Below are positions 18,578-28,833 of a stretch of DNA of 54,396 nucleotides, in pieces. The stretch's first letter is position 1. Each line of letters begins with the position of its first letter. The position numbers and the translations under genes were made by a program. Below the pieces are notes generated by a model, which was not told where the DNA came from, made no database searches, and saw nothing but the letters and a program-made list of their open reading frames with translations. The DNA is taken from the NCBI GenBank assembly GCA_049969855.1, contig JBMFOB010000008.1, positions 1 to 54,396 on the forward strand, read 5' to 3'. Source of the DNA: Candidatus Bathyarchaeia archaeon (GTDB lineage Archaea; Thermoproteota; Bathyarchaeia; Bathyarchaeales; Bathycorpusculaceae).

Positions 18578-20410
18578 ATGTATGGTTGGAACGGTAAGCT
18601 TTTGTATGTGGACTTGAGTAAAAGTAAGGCTGTCGCAAAACCCTATGATGCCATTTTTGCAAAAAATTTTTTGGGCGGGAGAGGGTTTGCGGCTAAGATT
18701 TTGTGGGATGAGCTGAAACCTGGAATCGATCCGTTGTCTCCTGAAAATAAACTGGTTTTTGCTGTTGGTCCGTTAACTGGTTTTTCCTTGCCCAGCAGTG
18801 GTAAAATGGTTGTGGCTTCGAAGAGTCCCTTGACTGGTGGTTATGGGGATGGGAATGTCGGAACCTACGCTGCTGTTCAAATTCGAAAAGCTGGTTATGA
18901 TGTTGCTGTCATTGGAGGTAGAGCTAAAAAGCCAACGGTTCTGCTGGTTCAAGATGGTCAAGCGGAGTTTCTTGATGCAGGAGACCTTTGGGGTATAACT
19001 TCCTTCGAGGCTGAAAGAAAACTTAGAGAAATTTATGGACCTACCGCTGGAATCTTATGCATCGGTCCTGGCGGAGAAAATCTAGTCAAGTTTGCAAATG
19101 TGGTTTGCCAAGAAGGACGTGCTGGTGGAAGGCCTGGGATTGGTGCGGTTATGGGTTCAAAAAATTTGAAGGCTGTGGTTTTTGTGGGTTCTGGCGAGTT
19201 GTCTTCTGTTTATCCGAAGGAAATGAAGGAGTTAGGCGCAGACGCTTATAGAGAGGTTTTAACTAAGCCGAACTATGCTTTTTGGAAAAGACAGGGTACA
19301 ATGATGACTATTGAGTGGAGCCAAGAAAACTGTGTTCTTCCAACATACAATTACAGTGAAGGTGTTTTTGAAAAGGCAGAAGCCATAGGCGGTTTTGCCA
19401 TGGAGAAAATTAAAACGTCAAATCGTGGGTGCCCTCAGTGCAATATGACATGCGGCAATGTTGTTAAGGGTTCAGATAAAAGAGAATGCGAACTTGATTA
19501 TGAAAATGGTGCGATGCTAGGGTCAAACATTGGATTGGGCAACCTAAGACAAGTCGCAGCCCTTAACCGTGTTGCTGACGAATTGGGCTTAGACACAATA
19601 TCATTGGGCAATGTTATTGGCTTTGCTATGGAAGCCTCTGAGAAAAGGTTGATTGAAGAGAAAATTTCTTGGGGAAAGTTTAAGGAAACTAAAAATTTGA
19701 TTGAAGATATCGCCTATAGACGTGGTTTGGGCAACCTTTTAGCCGAAGGTGTTCGATTTGCAGCAGAAAAAATTGGCAGTAACTCAAATCGTTGGGCTAT
19801 GCATGTTAAAGGCTTGGAGATTTCTGCTTATGACTGTCATACTACCCCAGCTATGGCTTTGGCTTATGCAACAAGTTCCATTGGTGCCCACCATAAGGAT
19901 GCGTGGGTTATTTCTTGGGAAGTTAAATTTGGACGTGACAAGTACAGCGAAGAAAAAGTTGACAAGGTCATCGAGTTTCAACGCATTAGAGGCGGAGTTT
20001 TTGAGTCTTTAACTGTATGTAGGCTTCCATGGGTTGAGCTTGGCTTCGAACTTGAATGGTACACGAAGTTTTTGCATGCAGCAACAGGCGTGGAAATGAG
20101 TTGGGAAGATTTGAATACGGTTGCTGACAGGGTTTTCAATCTGATTCGTGCTTTCTGGGTTCGTGAATACGGCAAAAAATGGAGCGTGGAGATGGATGTT
20201 CCACCAGCAAGATGGTTCGAAGAACCATTAACTAAAGGTTCATTTAAAGGTGTAAAGCTTGATAGAACAAAGTATGACATCATGTTGCGGAGATACTACA
20301 AAAAACGGGGATGGGATGAAAGAGGGATTCCAACAAAGACAACGTTGAAAAAGTTGGGATTAGAGGATGTTGCCAAGCAACTTCAAAAGTATGTCAAACT
20401 TGTTGATTGA
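18578..20410 (+). CDS. Tungsten aldehyde:ferredoxin oxidoreductase, FOR-like
   Basis: MYGW...GGRG, KSPLTGGYGDGN, QEGRAGGRPG.GAVMGSK, CPQCNMTC, DELGLDTIS; resembles Pyrococcus FOR from memory. Confidence 0.9.
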   Translation: MYGWNGKLLYVDLSKSKAVAKPYDAIFAKNFLGGRGFAAKILWDELKPGIDPLSPENKLVFAVGPLTGFSLPSSGKMVVASKSPLTGGYGDGNVGTYAAVQIRKAGYDVAVIGGRAKKPTVLLVQDGQAEFLDAGDLWGITSFEAERKLREIYGPTAGILCIGPGGENLVKFANVVCQEGRAGGRPGIGAVMGSKNLKAVVFVGSGELSSVYPKEMKELGADAYREVLTKPNYAFWKRQGTMMTIEWSQENCVLPTYNYSEGVFEKAEAIGGFAMEKIKTSNRGCPQCNMTCGNVVKGSDKRECELDYENGAMLGSNIGLGNLRQVAALNRVADELGLDTISLGNVIGFAMEASEKRLIEEKISWGKFKETKNLIEDIAYRRGLGNLLAEGVRFAAEKIGSNSNRWAMHVKGLEISAYDCHTTPAMALAYATSSIGAHHKDAWVISWEVKFGRDKYSEEKVDKVIEFQRIRGGVFESLTVCRLPWVELGFELEWYTKFLHAATGVEMSWEDLNTVADRVFNLIRAFWVREYGKKWSVEMDVPPARWFEEPLTKGSFKGVKLDRTKYDIMLRRYYKKRGWDERGIPTKTTLKKLGLEDVAKQLQKYVKLVD

Positions 20411-20422
20411 TTTAGGCTGATG

Positions 20423-21871
20423 CTAATAGGCCTTTGCGAAGTAAACCACTTCTTTTGCTTCTTTTCCGCAATACACGCATTTTGAGAAGATTTCTTCCTT
20501 TTCGAAGGGCACTATCCTGATGGTTGCTCCAGTCTCTTCCTTTATCCTTTCTTCGCATTCAGAATTTTCGCACCAGCAAGCTCTGATAAATCCGCCTTTT
20601 TCTTTTAATGTCTTTTTGAATTCTTCGTAAGTGTTTACTGTGGTTATGTTTTCTTCTAAGAATTTTTTAGCTTTGTTGAAGAGGTTTTTCTGGATTTCTT
20701 CCAGCATTTTCGCTACAGCATCAATTATTTCTTCTTCTTTTATGGCAATTCTTTCAAAAGTGTCTCGTCTGGCTAATGTTGCCTGTTTTTGTTTCAAATC
20801 TTTTGGACCAATCTCTATTCTTATTGGCACGCCTTTTAGTTCCCATTCGTTAAATTTCCATCCAGGAGTGTATTCGCTTCTGTCGTCAAGAACCGCTAAT
20901 ATGCCATGTTTTTTCAGTTTCTCGTAAATTTCCTTAGCTTTTGCTAGTATTGCTGTGGAATCAGCGTTTTTGTAGGGTATTGGAACTATAACTGCTTGGA
21001 TTGGCGCAACTTTTGGGGGTAATACTAGTCCATTGTCGTCGCTGTGCATCATCACCATGGCGCCTATCATTCTTGTTGAGAAGCCCCATGATGTTTGCCA
21101 AACGTATCTTTCTTTTTCGTCTTTGTCGAGGAATTTTATGTTGAAGGCTTTGGAGAAATTTTGACCAAGGTGATGGGATGTTCCCATTTGTAGTGCTTTG
21201 CCGTCTGGCATTAACGCTTCTAGGGTTGTTGTGTATAGGGCTCCTTTGAACTTTTCGTTTTCTGTTTTCTTCCCAGCCAAGACTGGAATGGCTAAGTAGT
21301 TTTCTATGATTTCCCTGTAAAAGTTTAGGATTTCCATAACTTCCTTGTCTGCTTCTTCCTTAGTTGCGTGGGCAGTATGTCCCTCTTGCCAGAGGAATTC
21401 TCTTGTCCGCAGGAAAAGTTTGGTTGCCTCTGTTTCCCACCGCACGACACTGTTCCACTGATTAAGCTTTAGTGGCAAGTCTCTCCAGCTTCTAATCCAC
21501 TTTGCGTATGTGGCGTACATTATTGTTTCTGATGTTGGTCTAATGGCAAGTCTTTCCTCTAATGGTGTTTCTCCGCCAATAGTGACCCATGCAACTTGCG
21601 GAACAAAACCTTTGAAGTGTTCAGCCTCTTTTTTCAAGAAACTTTCAGGTATAAACAATGGAAAGTAAACGTTTCTGTGGCCGGTTGCCTTTATTTTTTC
21701 GTTGAAGATTTCTTGGATTTTTTCCCATATGGCGTAGGAAAGTTCGCGGAATATCATGCAACCCTTGACTGGAGCGTAGTCTGCTAGTCCAGACTTTACG
21801 ACAACTTGTGTATACCACTCTGAGAAGTCCTCGGTTTTTTTAACTGTCAATCCCATCTCTGACATTTTCAT
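20423..21871 (-). CDS. proS: Proline--tRNA ligase (archaeal/eukaryotic type)
   Basis: FSEWY, RPTSET, FLRTREFLWQEGH, QTSWG.STR, C-terminal FAKAY. Confidence 0.97.
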   Translation of the reverse strand: MKMSEMGLTVKKTEDFSEWYTQVVVKSGLADYAPVKGCMIFRELSYAIWEKIQEIFNEKIKATGHRNVYFPLFIPESFLKKEAEHFKGFVPQVAWVTIGGETPLEERLAIRPTSETIMYATYAKWIRSWRDLPLKLNQWNSVVRWETEATKLFLRTREFLWQEGHTAHATKEEADKEVMEILNFYREIIENYLAIPVLAGKKTENEKFKGALYTTTLEALMPDGKALQMGTSHHLGQNFSKAFNIKFLDKDEKERYVWQTSWGFSTRMIGAMVMMHSDDNGLVLPPKVAPIQAVIVPIPYKNADSTAILAKAKEIYEKLKKHGILAVLDDRSEYTPGWKFNEWELKGVPIRIEIGPKDLKQKQATLARRDTFERIAIKEEEIIDAVAKMLEEIQKNLFNKAKKFLEENITTVNTYEEFKKTLKEKGGFIRACWCENSECEERIKEETGATIRIVPFEKEEIFSKCVYCGKEAKEVVYFAKAY

Positions 21872-22077
21872 CTCTCCTTTTTGTTCTTTTTTGTTGAATA
21901 TAATTCTAGTGGAGAACAGATTCTGATGTGGGCTAAAGGTTGCGAGAATTTAGCAATGTGGAACGCAATCGCCCATTTCAACCACGCCTTACAAAAATAT
22001 GAAAAGTGGCTATTAAACATTTTCTTGTTGTCAAAACGTGCGTAAGTGTTTTAACTTAACAACGCCATTGCGCTTAG

Positions 22078-23202
22078 TTATTTGACTGGCATGAGTCGCC
22101 ATTCTCTATAGTCCGTTATGACTTTAATGTATCCTTTAAGCATTGCATCGGCTTCAGCATCACCCGTGTCAACTCTCAATACGTTTCCTTCAATGTTTTG
22201 GAGTTTGCTTTTTGTTGCTGCCACAATTATTCGCTGTTTTCCAACTCGTTTAATAATTTCTGGGCTTATTTGCTGGTTTCCTCTTCCAAGAAGTATTCCT
22301 TGGTGTCCAATTGGTGAAAGGATAATCCAAGTTTTCTGCCAGTCTTTTATTTCTTCCAAAATTTTTTTCTCGTCCACGTCAAGTATGATTTTGCCATTTT
22401 TGTAGATGTCTACGCCCAACACTGTTTTTTCAACACCCAAAAGTTCCGCTATGCACTTGACGGTTGTTCCTGGACCTAATATGTATGTGGCGTCTGGCTG
22501 CATTTCTTCTATTATAAACTTTGCAATAGCTGTTTGGTTTTCTTTTTCGTCGGCTGTTTCTGGGCTTACTTGTTTGCTTCCTTGAATTCGCATGGCAACA
22601 AACGGTCCTTTTAGGAAACCGTGAAGTTTCACTGCGAAGGTGTCGCTTCTAATTGCGCTTTCGTCAGCATCCATAATTTCAAATTCTGTAATCTCCGCTT
22701 GGTTTTCAGCAAAAGCCAAAACAATATCAGCAGCATCTGAAGGGTTTACGGCGAAAATGCCACTATACATTTTTACCCCCGCAGGTACGCCTAAAACTGG
22801 AGTTTCCGTACAGCCTTGCACGGCGTCAAAAATGTCTTTTGCAGTGCCGTCTCCACCAACAAAAACTATCAAATCAACTTTTTCTGCTGTTAAGAGTTTG
22901 ACGGCGGTTTTTGTGTCTTCAACGCTTGTTTCCCTTCCAATTTTCATTGGTAATATTTGCACTGGAAAATTTGCAGTTTTTGCTTCTTTTTCGCCCATAA
23001 TTCCTGGGCAAGTGATGACTTCAATTTCTGTTTGGGTGAAGTTTTCTTTGAGTCTTTGCAGAAATTCTACTGCCCTTTGGGGTGCTACTGGTTTGGCGCC
23101 CCTTTTAATTGCTTCTTTTAAAACTCCATCTGTCCCTTTTAGTCCAACTCTTCCTCCCATTCCAGCTATTGGATTAACGATGAAACCTAACTTCATAACC
23201 AT
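22078..23202 (-). CDS. ATP-NAD kinase family protein (AcoX-like)
   Basis: VNPIAGMGG, GGDGT, PAGVKMYSG, GRGNQQIS, VDTGD. Confidence 0.85.
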   Translation of the reverse strand: MVMKLGFIVNPIAGMGGRVGLKGTDGVLKEAIKRGAKPVAPQRAVEFLQRLKENFTQTEIEVITCPGIMGEKEAKTANFPVQILPMKIGRETSVEDTKTAVKLLTAEKVDLIVFVGGDGTAKDIFDAVQGCTETPVLGVPAGVKMYSGIFAVNPSDAADIVLAFAENQAEITEFEIMDADESAIRSDTFAVKLHGFLKGPFVAMRIQGSKQVSPETADEKENQTAIAKFIIEEMQPDATYILGPGTTVKCIAELLGVEKTVLGVDIYKNGKIILDVDEKKILEEIKDWQKTWIILSPIGHQGILLGRGNQQISPEIIKRVGKQRIIVAATKSKLQNIEGNVLRVDTGDAEADAMLKGYIKVITDYREWRLMPVK

Positions 23203-23280
23203 TCATCTGGTGAATGATTTGTTAAGCATGTTATAAACTATTTCAGCGTCTTCGTTAATTAGAATAACGGGGTCTAAACA

Positions 23281-23904
23281 TTGCACACGAAAGAATCAAA
23301 AGCGCAAGCATCTCCCGGCACTTTCTCCATATTAGCCATATCACAAAACTCCAATCTCATGGGCGTTGCCACCGCTTCCGGTTCCACAAACGTAGGTGAC
23401 AGAGTTCCTCATGCAAAACCGGGAATAGGCGTAATAGCCACTCAAGCCTACACAAACGTCGCTTATGGGATTAAAGGTTTGGAATTGCTTCAAGGAGGCT
23501 TGTCTCCGGAGGAAGCGTTAAACAAACTTTTGAATGAAGATATGGAACGAAACATGAGGCAAGTGGCGATGATGGATTTCAAAGAGAGAAAAGCGGTTTT
23601 CACAGGTAGCGACGTTCCAGAATATTTTGCAGAATTTGTAGGAGAGGATTATGTTGTTATTGGAAATTTGCTTTCTACAAAAGATGTTGTTAGCAATATG
23701 GCGAAGGAGTTTGAAGTTTCAAAAGGAAGCTTAGCCTTGAGAATGGTGAATGCGTTGCAGGCTGGAAGCAAATGTGGTGGGGATAAGCGTGGTGAGCGCT
23801 CAGCAGCTTTAATAGTGGTCAGTGATGAGAAGGTGGAAATTGGAATAAAAGTTGATGTGCATGAGCGTCCCATCGAAGAGTTATCTCGTAGGCTGAAGTT
23901 ATAA
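23281..23904 (+). CDS. DUF1028 / Ntn-hydrolase-like protein
   Basis: TFSILA, GVIATQA, RQVA, GNLL, GGDKRGERSAAL. Confidence 0.85.
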   Translation: MHTKESKAQASPGTFSILAISQNSNLMGVATASGSTNVGDRVPHAKPGIGVIATQAYTNVAYGIKGLELLQGGLSPEEALNKLLNEDMERNMRQVAMMDFKERKAVFTGSDVPEYFAEFVGEDYVVIGNLLSTKDVVSNMAKEFEVSKGSLALRMVNALQAGSKCGGDKRGERSAALIVVSDEKVEIGIKVDVHERPIEELSRRLKL

Positions 23905-23999
23905 ATTAAAGATATTATGTTAAAAACGGTTTTCCGTCTGAAAATTCTTATATCTTTTAAAATTAAACATCCCTTTCCCCACAATAATGAGGTTATTCC

Positions 24000-24977
24000 A
24001 TGTCGAGAAAAGCCATGAAAAGAATTCTCGTGACTGGAGCCACTGGACAAATCGGGTCTGAATTAACAATGGAACTTCGTAAAAAGTATGATGGAGACAA
24101 CGTTATCGCAGCAGGGCATAAACGAAAACCAAGCGGAAAATTGTTAGAGTCTGGGCCTTTCGAGTATGTTGACACAACATCTAAGGAGAATGTTGAGAAA
24201 GTTGTGGAAAAGTATGATATTGACACCATTTATCATTTGGCGGCTGTTCTCTCCGCCACTGGTGAAGAAAATCCGCATCTTGCTTGGAATGTAAACATAA
24301 ATGGACTTTACAATGTGCTTGAAGTCGCAAGAGAACACAATCTAGTTAGAGTTTTTTGGCCTAGTTCCATTGCTGTTTTTGGTCCGGAAGCACCCCGCGT
24401 GAACACGCCGCAAGATACAATCCTAATTCCAAGGACAATGTATGGTGTTACAAAAGTTACTGGCGAACTATTATGCAATTATTATTTTACGCGTTTTGGC
24501 TTGGATGTTCGAAGCGTTCGCTATCCAGGCATTATAAGTAGTGAGACGCCTCCAGGCGGAGGCACAACGGATTATGCTGTGGAGATTTTTTACGAGGCGA
24601 TTAAGAATAAGCGTTATACGTGTTTTGTGAGGGAGGACACTGTTCTGCCGATGATGTATATGCCTGACTGTATTTATGCTGCTGTGAAAATTATGGAGGC
24701 TGATTCTTCGCAGATAAGGCATCGCACAAGTTACAATGTGAATGCTATGAGTTTTTCGGCTGGAGAGTTGGCTACGGAAATAAGGAAGTATATTCCCGAG
24801 TTTAAATGTGAATATAAACCTGATTTTCGGCAAAAGATTGCGGATTCTTGGCCTATGTCAATAGATGACAGTGTAGCCCGTAGGGAGTGGGGATGGAATC
24901 CTAAGTATGATTTGGCTTCTATGACGAGGGATATGATAGAAAAACTGACGAAACGTTTTGCTGAGGGTAATCTATAA
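24000..24977 (+). CDS. tdh: L-threonine 3-dehydrogenase (SDR/epimerase type)
   Basis: TGATGQIG, HLAAVLSATGE, PSSIAVFG, YGVTK, PGGGTTDYAV, SWP; adjacent to kbl. Confidence 0.85.
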   Translation: MSRKAMKRILVTGATGQIGSELTMELRKKYDGDNVIAAGHKRKPSGKLLESGPFEYVDTTSKENVEKVVEKYDIDTIYHLAAVLSATGEENPHLAWNVNINGLYNVLEVAREHNLVRVFWPSSIAVFGPEAPRVNTPQDTILIPRTMYGVTKVTGELLCNYYFTRFGLDVRSVRYPGIISSETPPGGGTTDYAVEIFYEAIKNKRYTCFVREDTVLPMMYMPDCIYAAVKIMEADSSQIRHRTSYNVNAMSFSAGELATEIRKYIPEFKCEYKPDFRQKIADSWPMSIDDSVARREWGWNPKYDLASMTRDMIEKLTKRFAEGNL

Positions 24978-25038
24978 ACTTTTTTGTGGAAAATGGCATA
25001 GGAAATGTTAAAAGAAAGTGAAAATAAGTTTTTAAAAG

Positions 25039-26250
25039 GTGATTAATTTGGCTGTTAAGCGTCATCCAACCAAGTATTTAGGTGAAGAGTATCAACGTTT
25101 GGTTCGTGAAAATCTCAACTGGGAACTTAAGGTTTTAGAAACTGCAAGCGAACCCATCTGCAGAGTGAATGGAAAAGAGGTTCTAATGCTCTGCGCAAAC
25201 AACTACTTGAACCTTGCAACACACCCAAAAGTTGTTAAGGCAATGATAGAAGCAACCCAAAAATACGGGGCAGGCGCTGGCAGCGACAGGTCAATTTCTG
25301 GCAACATGACCCTTCACGAGGAATTAGACAGGCGTCTTGCAAAATTCAAAAACGCTCCAGCATCACTAACATTCCAAACAGGTTTTATGGCTAATGAAGG
25401 CGTCATTCCCCAACTTGCTGACAAGGGCGACTTGTTCGTTTCAGATGAGCTAAACCATGGTTCCATAATTGACGGTGTAAGACTAAGCCGCGCTGACAGG
25501 GCAATCTTCAAACACAAAGACGTGGAAGATTTGGCGCGGGTTATGGATGAAGCTGAAAAACATGACCCACCCTACAATCACATATGGATTCTCACAGACG
25601 GAGTTTTCAGCATGGACGGCGACACAGCTCCACTGCGAGAAATTGCAAAAATCGCCAAAGAACACGGCGCAGGCGTATATGTTGATGACGCCCACGGTGA
25701 AGGCGTATTAGGCGAAGGCGGAAGAGGAATAGTCAACCACTACAAACTTACACGCGACGAAGTTCACGTTGAAATGGGAACATTCTCCAAAGCTTTCGGC
25801 GTAATAGGCGGACACATAACTGGCGGAGAAGACCTGCGCAACTTCACCTACAACAAAGCGCGAAGTTGGCTTTTAAGCGGCGCTGTTCCGCCCGGCGTTG
25901 CAGCTGCTTGCATTGCAGCCATAGACGTCTTGGAAACAGAACCCCAACATGTTAGGAAAGTTTGGGAGAACCGCAATCATCTTCTTGAGGGTTTGCAGGA
26001 TGCTGGTTTTGATACTGGAAACACTGAGACGCCGATAATTCCAGTAATGTGTGGCAAAAGCAAGGCTGCAAAGGATTTGGCTGACTATCTTTGGTCAAAG
26101 GGAATATTCGTTTTGCCAATATTCTATCCCATGGTGGCAAGGGACAAAGCCAGAATACGCGTCCAAGTTTGCACCAAACACACACGAGAACAGTTAGACA
26201 GAGCATTAGATGCTTTCAAGGAAGGCGGCAAAAAACTCGGAATAATTTAA
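25039..26250 (+). CDS. kbl: 2-amino-3-ketobutyrate CoA ligase (glycine C-acetyltransferase)
   Basis: CANNYLNL, SDELNHGSIIDG, DGVFSMDGD, VDDAHG, GTFSKAFG, ARIR; BioF is the alternative but the tdh context favours Kbl. Confidence 0.85.
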   Translation: MINLAVKRHPTKYLGEEYQRLVRENLNWELKVLETASEPICRVNGKEVLMLCANNYLNLATHPKVVKAMIEATQKYGAGAGSDRSISGNMTLHEELDRRLAKFKNAPASLTFQTGFMANEGVIPQLADKGDLFVSDELNHGSIIDGVRLSRADRAIFKHKDVEDLARVMDEAEKHDPPYNHIWILTDGVFSMDGDTAPLREIAKIAKEHGAGVYVDDAHGEGVLGEGGRGIVNHYKLTRDEVHVEMGTFSKAFGVIGGHITGGEDLRNFTYNKARSWLLSGAVPPGVAAACIAAIDVLETEPQHVRKVWENRNHLLEGLQDAGFDTGNTETPIIPVMCGKSKAAKDLADYLWSKGIFVLPIFYPMVARDKARIRVQVCTKHTREQLDRALDAFKEGGKKLGII

Positions 26251-26283
26251 ACGTTCCCTTTTCCATTTTATTTTTAGAGAGTT

Positions 26284-26892
26284 ATGAGTATAGCTTTGAA
26301 AAAGCAGCAGTTAAGAGAAAAAATTTGGAGCGAAATGGAACGGTCTGGAATAGCCATTTTTCCGCTTCCATGCGAGGGTAGAATACCAAACTTTTCTGGG
26401 GCATCTGCTGCTGCTGAAAAACTGCGCAAGTTGGATGAATGGCGAAAAGCAAAGGTGATATTTGCTAATCCAGATTCGCCACAGCAAAAAGTTAGAGAAA
26501 ACGCATTGTTAGATGGAAAAGTCCTTGTAATGGCTTCTCCGCGGCTCAAAAGAGGCTTCATTTTAATAAACCCAGCAACAGTTAAGGGTAAAGAGCATTT
26601 TGCCTCAACAATTAAAGGTGCATTTAAATTTGGGACTGAAACGCATTCTTTTCCAAAACCAGATTTGATAGTTGAAGGTTCTGTGGCTGTGGATTTGCAT
26701 GGACACAGACTTGGGAAAGGACATGGTTATGGGGATGTGGAGATAGACATTTTGAAAAGGATGTTCGGCGAAATCCCAATAGCAACAACCGTTCATGACA
26801 TGCAAGTGGTTGAAGCTGTTCCATTTGAAGAAAAAGACAAGGAAGTTTCGCTAATTGTTACGCCAACAAGAGTTATTCGCATAGTCGCCTAG
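26284..26892 (+). CDS. 5-formyltetrahydrofolate cyclo-ligase family
   Basis: GRIPNF, NPDSPQ, GSVAVD..GHRLGKGHGYGD. Confidence 0.85.
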   Translation: MSIALKKQQLREKIWSEMERSGIAIFPLPCEGRIPNFSGASAAAEKLRKLDEWRKAKVIFANPDSPQQKVRENALLDGKVLVMASPRLKRGFILINPATVKGKEHFASTIKGAFKFGTETHSFPKPDLIVEGSVAVDLHGHRLGKGHGYGDVEIDILKRMFGEIPIATTVHDMQVVEAVPFEEKDKEVSLIVTPTRVIRIVA

Positions 26893-26964
26893 CTTTTACA
26901 GGGCAGAAAAACCTAGAGGGGAGGGTCCGTATTGGTTGATTTTTAAGCCAAAAGTATGTTGTTT

Positions 26965-28833
26965 TCAGCGCAGTTTTTCCAAAGCCTTGTCAACATCGTC
27001 TAATCCAAGTTTTTTGAGGGTTTCTGTTTTTGGAATGCCATTTTCGTCCCAGCCAACAGCCTCATAGTAATTTAAAATTTCCTTTTCAACCTCAGCCTTA
27101 TCAACAGTTTTTCCTTTGTATGGTCCTGAAGGTAGTGGCTCGTAGAATCTTGGCGGGTTAGCGTCGTGGATTTTTGGGTTCCATTTTAAGTCTGGACCGC
27201 CCAAGAGCAGCATTGCCCTTTGCAGTTGAAGTATTCTTAAAGCTTTCGTGTTAAGCCATTCTTCTTGCGTTAATTCTATGCCAGTGACTGCCTTGTAAAA
27301 TTCAAATTTTAAGTTGCGTGGAATTCCGAAAATGTTGAAGTAGCAGTATGCTGCTGAATCGTTAAACGTCATTATTAATTCGCTTCTGAAATCATGCAGC
27401 GGAAGGCATGCGGTTGATGTGTGGTCTCCTCCTTGGACTGAGCAAGCGTAAGAGTAAGGTTCTGGGTAGTCTTTGCCGCTGCGGATTCCGTGGGCGCCTA
27501 TGCCTATGCCTTTGCTTTGAACCGCATAAGCTAAAACATCCATTTTCTTCATTTCTCCAATTTTTAATGCAGCACGATAGGTTCCTTCTGCCAGCAAATT
27601 GCCTATACCTTCTCTGAAGGCAATTTTTCTTGCTAGTGTTGCAAAGGCTTCTGTGTTGCCCCAACGAAGCTCTAAACCGTCTAAATCCTCTTTCGTCAGA
27701 ATTCCTCTCTGGAAAAGTTCTGCTGCAAAACCAAGCACGTTTCCAGTTTGTATTCCGCATAAGCCTAAATCATCAATTAGTGATGCGAGGAAAACATTTT
27801 CTTCTGGAGTGAATATTCCAAGGTTTGTACCCAAATAGGCTTGCAATTCATAGTCTGGGTTATCAGTTATCGCTCCCTTAAACTGTCCAGCTTTGACTAC
27901 GGCAATTTTCAGGCATGTTGTTGGGCAGCCAAAATCACCCCAATAGGGCTTTACCCAAACCCTATTCTCGAATTGGTCGACGCCGAAGTTTTTCTCGTCA
28001 TGCCACTCCTCCTGCCAATTCCTAATGGGTTCAGAGCTTGTCTTCGCACCAACTTCGTAACCAGCTGCTCCGGTTCCCCATCGCCTCCACAATTCGTTTT
28101 CATAAACATCTTTACATACGCTTTGCATCAGCTTTTTCATGTTCTGGATGTCAGCAACTTCTGGAAGCGGTCCAGTGCCTTTTACTGCTATTGCCTTAAG
28201 CTTTTTTGAACCCATAACTGCGCCGTAGCCGCCATAACCAGCAGCATGCGTCCACTTTGCTGCAACAACTGCAGTGCGCACTTTGTTTTCTCCTGCTGGA
28301 CCAATGTATAGTATCGCTGGTTCTTTCCATTCGCCTTTTCTTGGAAACCGCTTTTTCAAGAGTTCTCTGCATTCTTTTGTTATTTTTGAAACTGTTTGTT
28401 TAGCGTCTTCGCCCCAAATGTTGTTGGCTTTTCTGATTTCAACTTCGGAATCCTTAACAAACAAGTAAACTGGTTCTTCAGATGCGCCAGTTACTATTAT
28501 GCCATCATAACCAGCACATTTCAACTCTACGCCAAATTCGCCTGCCACAGTGGAACCTACAACGCCATTGCTTTGCGGTGATTTTCCAGAAACGCATATT
28601 CTTCCGCCTGGGAAAAATCCTGTAAGCGGACCTGTTAAGAAGAGGAGTATGTTTTCTGATTCTAACGGGTTTGTTTCGCTCCATTTGCTGCCTAATCTAT
28701 CCCAGAGAATTTTTGCTGCTAAGCCTCTGCCACCAACGTATTCTCTTAAAACGTCGTCACTGAACTTTGTCTCCTTTACATTTTTTGTTGAAAGGTCAAC
28801 TTCAAGAAACTTTCCCGCATAACCCAAAATCAT
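26965..28833 (-). CDS. Tungsten oxidoreductase large subunit, WOR5-like
   Basis: KSPQSNGVVGS, HAAGYGGYGAVMGSK, SSEPIRNWQEE, WGDFGCPTTC, PDYELQAY, VQGGDHTS. Confidence 0.85.
   Translation of the reverse strand: MILGYAGKFLEVDLSTKNVKETKFSDDVLREYVGGRGLAAKILWDRLGSKWSETNPLESENILLFLTGPLTGFFPGGRICVSGKSPQSNGVVGSTVAGEFGVELKCAGYDGIIVTGASEEPVYLFVKDSEVEIRKANNIWGEDAKQTVSKITKECRELLKKRFPRKGEWKEPAILYIGPAGENKVRTAVVAAKWTHAAGYGGYGAVMGSKKLKAIAVKGTGPLPEVADIQNMKKLMQSVCKDVYENELWRRWGTGAAGYEVGAKTSSEPIRNWQEEWHDEKNFGVDQFENRVWVKPYWGDFGCPTTCLKIAVVKAGQFKGAITDNPDYELQAYLGTNLGIFTPEENVFLASLIDDLGLCGIQTGNVLGFAAELFQRGILTKEDLDGLELRWGNTEAFATLARKIAFREGIGNLLAEGTYRAALKIGEMKKMDVLAYAVQSKGIGIGAHGIRSGKDYPEPYSYACSVQGGDHTSTACLPLHDFRSELIMTFNDSAAYCYFNIFGIPRNLKFEFYKAVTGIELTQEEWLNTKALRILQLQRAMLLLGGPDLKWNPKIHDANPPRFYEPLPSGPYKGKTVDKAEVEKEILNYYEAVGWDENGIPKTETLKKLGLDDVDKALEKLR

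Noticed and set aside
21868-22020. 50-aa ORF from ATG 22020 ending at the proS start
   Set aside because: Its ATG sits within the probable BRE/TATA element, so it is unlikely to be transcribed from there
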